Shown here: one piece after another, positions 57,901 to 64,000 of the stretch | Numbering within the stretch: the stretch's first letter is position 1 | Layout: each line of letters begins with the position of its first letter | From: a virus | Virus record (IMG/VR): IMGVR_UViG_3300032782_000001 | Location: 180,404-244,403 of that record | Length of the DNA: 64,000 nt | Reading direction: 5' to 3' (one strand) | Made by a program: the position numbers and the translations under genes | The notes under the pieces: model-generated | Database searches by the model: none | What the model was told of the DNA's origin: nothing | What the model saw: the letters and a program-made list of their open reading frames with translations, nothing else

Positions 57901-60065
57901 CCATTTTCCTGGCGGATTTTGAAAATAGCTTTTTCGACCTTCGGGATAGGTGTGAAATTAATGTTATCAGTAGAGCTCAAGAAGATATAATGAGCTTCAA
58001 AAGATTGACCGGCCTTTGCCGGATTAGTAAGATTGACTTGACCAACTGATGCCAGAATCGAGTATTCTGACTCATCCATCAGTGTGTAAGGACCAGCAGG
58101 ACTGTCAGCCTTATATAAGGTGAATTTCTTCATCTTTGGCTTAAAATCTGTCCAAAATCTGTCTGCTACAATCTCCCTATCTTGCCTTAAATCGACGGAA
58201 TCAGGTCCAGCATTAGACAAATTCGGGGAAACAGTAACCTGCCTTGGAGTGTCCACCGTGAGGATCTTGTAGATCCCGGAATTGCCACCAGCCGGGAAAA
58301 GTAAGAACTTCCCAATATGGGAAGGAGTAAACACAGGAGAATCTGAAACGAACGTATCCGGAAGATGGACAGTCCCAACAATCCCGAGAATATTTTTGGG
58401 ATCATCTTCACCAATCGGTTCAATGAATTCTAAAAGACCGGTGTCTTCATCGAAATTAAAATCAACACCAGGAATAATTGGATGTCCATTCAGAGAGACT
58501 TCGAATCCCTGTTTGGTGATGGCGCCTTCAGCTAATTTCACTACTGGTGAATCTTTGGCCAGTACGATGTCTACAGTCTTGCGGAAGCAAAATTTGAATT
58601 GATGGGAATCAAGATCTAGAAGATATCCGTAACCTTGCTTAGTAGGATCTGTCCCATCTCTTAATTCTCCACTCAAAGTCCCGGTGGAACCGGGACCTGG
58701 AAGAATGAAAAATTGCAGGGTAGAATCAACAATGGGTGTAGTTGGGAGCATAACGAAAGGCCCTGCTCCAATACCATCTACGATTACCTGATCAACTACG
58801 GAGTAGAGGATGACAAAATCCTTGACTGCCTCCTCTCCAGAACCATTGATACCGGATCTGTAAACCTGGAAAGAAACCCCCCTTTCTACAATTTGAGCTG
58901 CATGAACATATGAAATAGTCCACCCAAGGTAATTACCGATATCGTCTGAAGAAAAATAAACTGCCCCGGTAGATACATCGCCGAAAACAGTTCCGCTTGA
59001 AGGTTCATCATCGGGTGTAGATACAGACGAATCGAACAGACTCATTGGGAAATAGTTGCGTAACTGACCGACGAGTTCAGCAAACACAACATATCGACTA
59101 TTTTCATCAGTCGTAAGTCCAACCAAACCAGGAATGAAGAATTGTGGAGTAGGGAAACTCGTAGTGATGGGACCGACATTGGTCCGATCAAGTTGGAAGC
59201 TATCCATGATTACCCCGTCATAGTAGACGGTAGCTTCCAAGTTGGAGTTAATGTCAAAGTCGGAAAATTTTACTCGACCGGTGTCGAGAGACCAGGTAAA
59301 AGTCCCTGGAGCAGGAGTTCCAAGAGAACCTTCATTAGGAACTTCAATGGCTTGCAACAACGGCCCGTACCCGATCCGAATCCGAGGAGTTTGTCCGGGA
59401 GCCGGTAGAGGGTTCAGGAATAAGAAATAGGATGAAGCAGATGAAAGAGGAAGTTGACCAATAGACCCTTTCCTCTGAGTCCTATCAAAGAAATTCTGTC
59501 TCTGACCGTAAACAGTTTGACCTGAATATGTTGCGAGATCTGAAGCACTGAAATTAAGCGATCCGGTATCTTTAGCTATTTGGAGTTTTCCGGCAGTCAA
59601 AGATGACGGATTAGTGAAGTCAGATTCATGATTCACTACGTGAACGTCAAATGTGACAAGTCGTACGGGGGTTCCAACGTAGAAAGAGAATGGGGCCGTA
59701 GCAATAGTCGGATCAGGAACTGCTGCCACCAGTCGTGGGTTATTTCCGATAATTCCAACATTGTCCGGAGGACCGCCAGGGGACGGCATCCACCTACGAT
59801 TAAATCCATCCCAGTCAAATCGATTTACACCGGGTTCATTTTTCGTCCAACGGAAAATGAGATCAGGATTTCCAATCTCAATTTCTTGTTCACCTGCTAA
59901 AAGACTGTCAGCTAGAATAACATATTCAGCACGACTAGTAGTAGCTTGGAAAGTGTCATTATTTTCAGGGAGAACGTAATTACGTGGAGGAAATGAGAAC
60001 AGGTTATTACCTGAACTCACTCGAACACCTTCTAGCAGCATTCCACTAGTGTCAATTAGGGACAT
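54807..60065 (-). CDS. Giant baseplate/tail structural protein (1752 aa)
   Basis: Long uninterrupted ORF with consistent coding bias; beta-rich; no recognisable catalytic motifs. Confidence 0.75.
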   Translation of the reverse strand: MSLIDTSGMLLEGVRVSSGNNLFSFPPRNYVLPENNDTFQATTSRAEYVILADSLLAGEQEIEIGNPDLIFRWTKNEPGVNRFDWDGFNRRWMPSPGGPPDNVGIIGNNPRLVAAVPDPTIATAPFSFYVGTPVRLVTFDVHVVNHESDFTNPSSLTAGKLQIAKDTGSLNFSASDLATYSGQTVYGQRQNFFDRTQRKGSIGQLPLSSASSYFLFLNPLPAPGQTPRIRIGYGPLLQAIEVPNEGSLGTPAPGTFTWSLDTGRVKFSDFDINSNLEATVYYDGVIMDSFQLDRTNVGPITTSFPTPQFFIPGLVGLTTDENSRYVVFAELVGQLRNYFPMSLFDSSVSTPDDEPSSGTVFGDVSTGAVYFSSDDIGNYLGWTISYVHAAQIVERGVSFQVYRSGINGSGEEAVKDFVILYSVVDQVIVDGIGAGPFVMLPTTPIVDSTLQFFILPGPGSTGTLSGELRDGTDPTKQGYGYLLDLDSHQFKFCFRKTVDIVLAKDSPVVKLAEGAITKQGFEVSLNGHPIIPGVDFNFDEDTGLLEFIEPIGEDDPKNILGIVGTVHLPDTFVSDSPVFTPSHIGKFLLFPAGGNSGIYKILTVDTPRQVTVSPNLSNAGPDSVDLRQDREIVADRFWTDFKPKMKKFTLYKADSPAGPYTLMDESEYSILASVGQVNLTNPAKAGQSFEAHYIFLSSTDNINFTPIPKVEKAIFKIRQENGVVTTGSTKVTFNPDGDIVSLDRPIQVAINGFTQKSTDFTFVPPGTINLTNPSKAGDSVVLDYWVQNAPGGNGMFNLIFAPIDQDPPVITKGSTQASFNGDQTSTVSPGSAFLLSDKDVVIAKLVTYNSSTDTTEVVFENAAIADSGSSPILVCEPINGDYRVHETAPSDSFTKGTNSITLTGDLPYRIGTVITVDGDPYYVLSVLKDTKANTTKITLASAAVRNYIIPNITRTVRPVLKTDGKFQTDKPLDVDFPVTLIRMGPNRAVLANNVDYTVAEGGLIKLSTDAVFGDSLQVLYVARVSKPAGSVFHLNYSHAIAPSDSNGILTQQLVASYTLYAPDSFFYRIESFNTFLPEVQALLQQSAQAGGSSGPDTASRSSMKAKDFGNPSLFFPEQHYSNIDLVAIRLLKWYNDLTNAWEDLLANLDGRVVGGTDGRFRFDGNTANPPRADLTQVTNDIDDQIKLFDFFELVDFFDFELAPFYGYMGGINRFGRFFRTLVVATAALNDQVTSDDYGAVMGTLSVLGQPVSNLLYAFVVTSGLSNAIFSSTSAGGTVLNIDKNGDTKTLTPPFELMQPVHIFAPDGTPDVIANVTNISGTAITIDTPTTLTSGSLQHSLLAANDTTFRFYFDQRDVFVDGDSGGIDNITQADPSSAFQFPPVGNEIVETLVFYIPQNTKATRIPALDGIEQLDDGRLSRPQMKYGSESRYLALEATALDTFGVATVSPTTTTISGLPFSVAVGDTVRFINGPNANQDKVISAVSGVTATVTIPFTSLDTTGSNLVKVTIDGALPDILTKELGILVNNVAAPPVPLAIIGTLNAELPIVDQIIRDWGPVGQSGTGTASGAVLTDNSTDFSDVTTKYVLYVPSGPNQGVYEIKSKTTTTITVSTSSPFYAFPSSGPTQYIIIQKYSFLGTKGPQFMAGYFQKTLAFLSATEAWAAAPDPSGSVARQTLIAQRISDVTSFTKKIASILKNGDKLYDTRYLWIDQRINRKTGSLTQLKQAADTRVENLQKLLDDQQKLLIALALG

Positions 60066-60081
60066 TGATCTGAACCGTACC

Positions 60082-60657
60082 TTAGCTCATGACGCCGACG
60101 CCAGCACCGGCTCCAGGGAATGGGCTAGGAGCACCAGCTATTACGGTAACCCCTTTTGCGGTCGGCAAAGCAGTGTCTAAGCCAATGGCAACTGCTGTCG
60201 CCATTGTAACGGAAGCGATTCCAAGCAATCCAGCTGCTTTAAATCCTGCAATGAATGCAGGGACAGAAATTCCAGGGTTAGGAATTGCTGTAACAACACC
60301 CGCTCCTACTCCTACTAAAGGGTCTACGGTATTGATGATTGCAGTTGCAAAAATTTGAGTAAGACCGAGTGCGACAGCCGTGGCAGCTGGAGCTGAGAAT
60401 ATTCCAACTAATACGGAAGACGCGAAAGCTGCGACCATTTGGCCTACGGGAGGTGGCATGATGAGTCCAATTCCCGTTCCCTTTCCAACGCCTAACGTCC
60501 CCGTGTCCACCGTAGCGATTACGATGCCAGGAGCATATGTTGCAAGACCTGTGGCAATGCCAAGTGCGACTTGAGCCGTAGATATGCCATGGAAAGAAGC
60601 TCCTGCCATGCTCGCTGCTATAATGGCAGCATTTGCTGGAACAGCTAGAAGAGGCAT
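60082..60657 (-). CDS. Highly hydrophobic Ala/Gly/Val/Ile-rich protein immediately downstream of the central-spike gene
   Basis: 191 aa, more than 60% A/G/V/I/T/L (AIIAASMAGASFHGISTAQVALGIATGLATYAPGIVIATVDTG...). Confidence 0.5.
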   Translation of the reverse strand: MPLLAVPANAAIIAASMAGASFHGISTAQVALGIATGLATYAPGIVIATVDTGTLGVGKGTGIGLIMPPPVGQMVAAFASSVLVGIFSAPAATAVALGLTQIFATAIINTVDPLVGVGAGVVTAIPNPGISVPAFIAGFKAAGLLGIASVTMATAVAIGLDTALPTAKGVTVIAGAPSPFPGAGAGVGVMS

Positions 60658-60681
60658 CAGTAAACCAATCCCGAGTTCGGG

Positions 60682-62997
60682 CTAACCGACCAATACTGTG
60701 GGAACACCCAATAGAGGAATCCCCACTAAATAATCTAGATGCGGCGCAGGCGGACCAGGTATGCCAGCAATAGCGAACCCAACGCCAGTCGGGCCAACTT
60801 TGCACAGTGGAGCAATCATACTCGCAATACCAGCCGCCACGACGCTGGCCACAGGACCTCCAACAAAGGAGGCAGTTCCAGCCGCGCACGTCAAAGCAAG
60901 ATTTCCAGCACCAACAGTGGCCGCAAGGTTCCCGGCACCAACAGTGATAGCAGTATTTCCTGCCGCAGTAGAAAGAGCATAATTTCCTGCAGCAACAGTA
61001 TCAGCCATTGCGCCAGCTACAACTGTACGAGTCATGGCTCCAGCTAAAATCATGTAGACGTCCAGACCAGCCACGACAGTCTTGATGTCACCAAGTGCGA
61101 ATGCAGTAATTCTAGGTTGAGCAAAAAGTTCCGTAGTGAGTCCGAGAATTGTCTGATTGACGTTCCCGGCAAATTTCATTTTGCAACCACCAACGCCAGC
61201 ATTGAGTGTGATGGTATTGGCTTCTACGGCCCAGGCTCCACCCACGTTTTGAACGGAACTACCTTGGATGAGATCCATGGAAGTCCCAGTCATTGTTCTT
61301 AAATCATCTCCTGTCAAAACAGTTTCCCGACCACCGACACCTGCATATGTAGTCTTAATCTTCCCTGCGAGAGTAAGATCGATAGAAATAGGATCCAGAT
61401 CATCGTCAGGGTCTTCCTTCATGAAAGCACCGACTTTGATCTTCATACCACCTTGGAGAGATGCATCCAAGCTCACACGGGATTGATCCATTCCAAGGAT
61501 TGTTTTAACGGCGCCAAGAATGTTGGCGTCAATAGACTTACCCGATTCATCAGGCTGAGAACCCGTGCTAGCGGGCACATGTAAAAGAACCCGGCCTTCT
61601 TTCGTGATACCGAAAGCATACTGATTACTATTCATGGGGCTTTGAACCCTGAATAGCCTGCAAAGAGCCTTCGTATCAGCGTCAGACTGGCTAGTTACAG
61701 TGTCAATCGGGTCAAATTTAGGACCATTGGAAGGAGAAGCTTCGTCAGGACTATCAAAGACCCTCATGGTGAGGATCCGTTTGTAAAGAGCTCGACCCGG
61801 AACGGTGTATGGATCGTTTCCTACTACGGTTCCGTAGACATCTTCAATGAATGATTGTGGGTATCCGATGGGATCAATTTGAATCCCATCTCCATCGGCC
61901 GTAACGGCCATAGTTCCATCGCTAGTGTGTCGAATCTCTCTCCGATCTTCCACATAGCAATCAGAGGCTTCGTCAAAGCTTAGGCCATGTTCTCCCGTGA
62001 CAATGTAACTCGCACGTTGTCCATCAGGGTGAACTACGTAAGGATAGAAAGGATCATTAGGATCGTCAGGAAATGATTTGGTTCCATCTTCATTAATGAG
62101 ACCAAAAATGAGAAGTTGATTGTAAGCAGGACTATTGATTGGGACGCCTTTAGCCCCAATCACAGAACGTGAAGCAACAGGATTCCCGTCAGAGTCAACA
62201 ACGGGATTCCCAGAAGAATCGAGTAAATCTTGAGTGTCAAATGGATTTGCGGCTAGGAAATCGTCGAAGGACTGGGTTCCAGTAGGATCGAAGCCAGAAG
62301 TGATTAGATCAGGAAGAAGATTGAAAGCATCTCTTCGAATGAGACCTCGTCGATAATAACCAGCGGCATTACTTATGAACTCATTACTGGTTTGCATGAC
62401 GTATGTTTGGTCTGCGTCACGCAACCGGATTTCATTGCCTGCACGATTCGTGGCATAGAAATCTCTATCTAAAATAATATCGGCTCCAGAGCTAGAAGAA
62501 GCAATGAAGTCCCCGGGATAGCCTTTACGAGCCTTGACTCGAGTGACTTCCAAATTCAGATGAGGGTCATCTGCCAATTCCGGCATGATGGAGAGGACAG
62601 AAGCAATGTCACCAGGATCTGCCGTAGAGAAGGGAGTATAATCACGAGCTGATAGCGTCCCAACGGTCATTACGGAAATGATGTAAGGGACGTAAGCTCG
62701 TGCCCCCAATTTCTTCCATCCAAGAATAACTCTAGACCCGGGTTCTAGAATGGAACCGGACCAAGAGCGGGGGCCACCGCCACCAGAAGCCGGAAGCGGT
62801 ACGTCATGGCGTTCCCCGTTCCCCGTTTCGAGACGAACAGAACAGACCATCTGTTCCGTATCGACGTGAATAACACGACCAGCCCACAGATAAGCCCGAG
62901 CATCAGGTCCGTCCAGGGAATGCGCCCTGGCTCCGCCCATCGCCCGAGGATCTGGCGTCATGGGTACCGGAGGTCGGAAATTATTTTCGTTCGCCAC
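60682..62997 (-). CDS. Baseplate central spike / cell-puncturing protein (gpV/gp5/VgrG-like OB-fold N-terminus plus C-terminal octapeptide beta-helix)
   Basis: GRVIHVDTEQMVCSVRLETGNGERHDVPLPASGGGGPRSWSGSILEPGSRVILGW resembles the gpV/gp5 OB domain. The C-terminal 8-9 aa repeats TVVAGAMA, DTVAAGNY, TAITVGAG, NLAATVGAG resemble the VxGxxxxx needle of T4 gp5/VgrG. Confidence 0.65.
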   Translation of the reverse strand: MANENNFRPPVPMTPDPRAMGGARAHSLDGPDARAYLWAGRVIHVDTEQMVCSVRLETGNGERHDVPLPASGGGGPRSWSGSILEPGSRVILGWKKLGARAYVPYIISVMTVGTLSARDYTPFSTADPGDIASVLSIMPELADDPHLNLEVTRVKARKGYPGDFIASSSSGADIILDRDFYATNRAGNEIRLRDADQTYVMQTSNEFISNAAGYYRRGLIRRDAFNLLPDLITSGFDPTGTQSFDDFLAANPFDTQDLLDSSGNPVVDSDGNPVASRSVIGAKGVPINSPAYNQLLIFGLINEDGTKSFPDDPNDPFYPYVVHPDGQRASYIVTGEHGLSFDEASDCYVEDRREIRHTSDGTMAVTADGDGIQIDPIGYPQSFIEDVYGTVVGNDPYTVPGRALYKRILTMRVFDSPDEASPSNGPKFDPIDTVTSQSDADTKALCRLFRVQSPMNSNQYAFGITKEGRVLLHVPASTGSQPDESGKSIDANILGAVKTILGMDQSRVSLDASLQGGMKIKVGAFMKEDPDDDLDPISIDLTLAGKIKTTYAGVGGRETVLTGDDLRTMTGTSMDLIQGSSVQNVGGAWAVEANTITLNAGVGGCKMKFAGNVNQTILGLTTELFAQPRITAFALGDIKTVVAGLDVYMILAGAMTRTVVAGAMADTVAAGNYALSTAAGNTAITVGAGNLAATVGAGNLALTCAAGTASFVGGPVASVVAAGIASMIAPLCKVGPTGVGFAIAGIPGPPAPHLDYLVGIPLLGVPTVLVG

Positions 62998-63030
62998 GAT
63001 AAACGATACTCAAGAGTAACGTTTTAGAGC

Positions 63031-63438
63031 ATGCTAATTGTCCAAGTCAACACTTTGCGTGACGGATCCCGGATTGAAGGGGCCAGGTGGGAAATCAAAA
63101 GCCTGACAAATGTTAGAGAAGGTCATCACATGCAAGTGAGCCTTCCCACGTCAGACGTCCACGTAATCAGTTACGTGAAGAAGCAGGCCAAACAAGAACT
63201 CGGATTGGAGAAGGATGAAAATAAAGGGAAAAATGCCCACTCCGTGATTCTCAAATTCGTAGTAAAAGAAATTCGACATTTACTAGACACGACCACTAGT
63301 GATATGGATACAATGGTAACACTAGTACCCGTAGACAGGGTCGTGGAAGGCGTACTTACGTATCTACTTCACCCTGAGAAATGCGATCCTCGGTGGGTGC
63401 AAGTCATGAGAGGCAGCGCAACTGCTAATCCTACTTAG
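63031..63438 (+). CDS. Possible plus-strand small basic protein occupying the only sizeable gap in the minus-strand structural block
   Basis: 135-aa Lys-rich ORF exactly fills the 437-bp gap between 62997 and 63435. Confidence 0.35.
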   Translation: MLIVQVNTLRDGSRIEGARWEIKSLTNVREGHHMQVSLPTSDVHVISYVKKQAKQELGLEKDENKGKNAHSVILKFVVKEIRHLLDTTTSDMDTMVTLVPVDRVVEGVLTYLLHPEKCDPRWVQVMRGSATANPT

Positions 63439-63983
63439 CCTTGACCAAGCCGAGTGCTATCACTTGAATAACCGGAAGGCGGAAGGCCCTTCGGATTCAG
63501 GACACTTGAAAGACTAGGTCCTGCGGCAGGTGGTTGGAATTGCGTTGCTTGAGATCCAGTGCTAACCCCGACCGGAATGAAAGCACCGGATGCCACTTGA
63601 GATCCAAGGCTGGAAAAAGCAGCACTGGCTTGTTGATTAATACTATCAATTTGCTGATTGAATGCCGTCAGTGCACTTTGGGCTTGTGTTAGATCAGGGG
63701 TGGCATCCGCATGAAGTGCCGCTAATGCATCTGTATCGCCTGAAGCGGCCCTATCAAAGAGACTTTGATATGGATTCCCGAGCATATTACTGAATGGAGA
63801 TCCCGGACCACCAGCCGAATCTTCGGTAGTGAAGTCAATAGGTGCGCGACCAGCATTCGTCGCAAATTCTTCTCGTTGAAGGTTTTGCTGGTAATCCGTG
63901 TCGAATTTCTGAGAAAGATACTGATGTAAAATATTGAAGAATCCACTCGGATCTTGAAGTGCCTGGCTTACACCTGTAGCCAC
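63435..63983 (-). CDS. Hypothetical structural protein
   Basis: 182-aa ORF, Q/S/A-rich; the operon continues upstream beyond the window. Confidence 0.5.
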   Translation of the reverse strand: MATGVSQALQDPSGFFNILHQYLSQKFDTDYQQNLQREEFATNAGRAPIDFTTEDSAGGPGSPFSNMLGNPYQSLFDRAASGDTDALAALHADATPDLTQAQSALTAFNQQIDSINQQASAAFSSLGSQVASGAFIPVGVSTGSQATQFQPPAAGPSLSSVLNPKGLPPSGYSSDSTRLGQG

Positions 63984-64000
63984 AAGAATGTCGGCTTGGG

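Noticed and set aside
1-64000. Search for integrase, transposase, reverse transcriptase (DGR), tRNA, capsid/portal/terminase
   Set aside because: No YxDD RT motif, tyrosine/serine recombinase motifs, tRNA-like cloverleaf sequences or HK97/portal/terminase signatures were recognisable in any frame by eye. Absence is not proof, and a profile search would be needed.

Overview
This window looks like a segment of a large (probably jumbo) contractile-tailed bacteriophage. The host is bacterial: Shine-Dalgarno sites are present and there are lipobox lipoproteins. Coordinates 1 to about 10.2 kb carry a DNA-replication and host-takeover module. It holds a family A DNA polymerase that runs off the window edge and is missing from the ORF track, a full-length DnaJ, a DnaG-type zinc-finger protein, a DnaB-like helicase, a NADAR protein and an SNF2 ATPase. 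Two convergent secreted lipoprotein genes follow. From 11.7 kb to the window end, essentially every base is minus-strand structural coding. This stretch encodes giant fibre and baseplate proteins of 1516, 1552, 882, 2162, 832, 917, 1150, 1752 and 771 aa. It also holds a pectate-lyase-like beta-helix tailspike, a collagen-like fibre, a gp5/gpV-like central spike, four tandem paralogous ~315-aa genes and two paralogous free-standing GIY-YIG homing endonucleases. Most of the large proteins have no recognisable family. The most novel-looking element is a 41-45 aa helix-loop repeat with two invariant His, present at least 20 times in two adjacent giant proteins. I saw no CRISPR array, tRNA, integrase, capsid protein or terminase.
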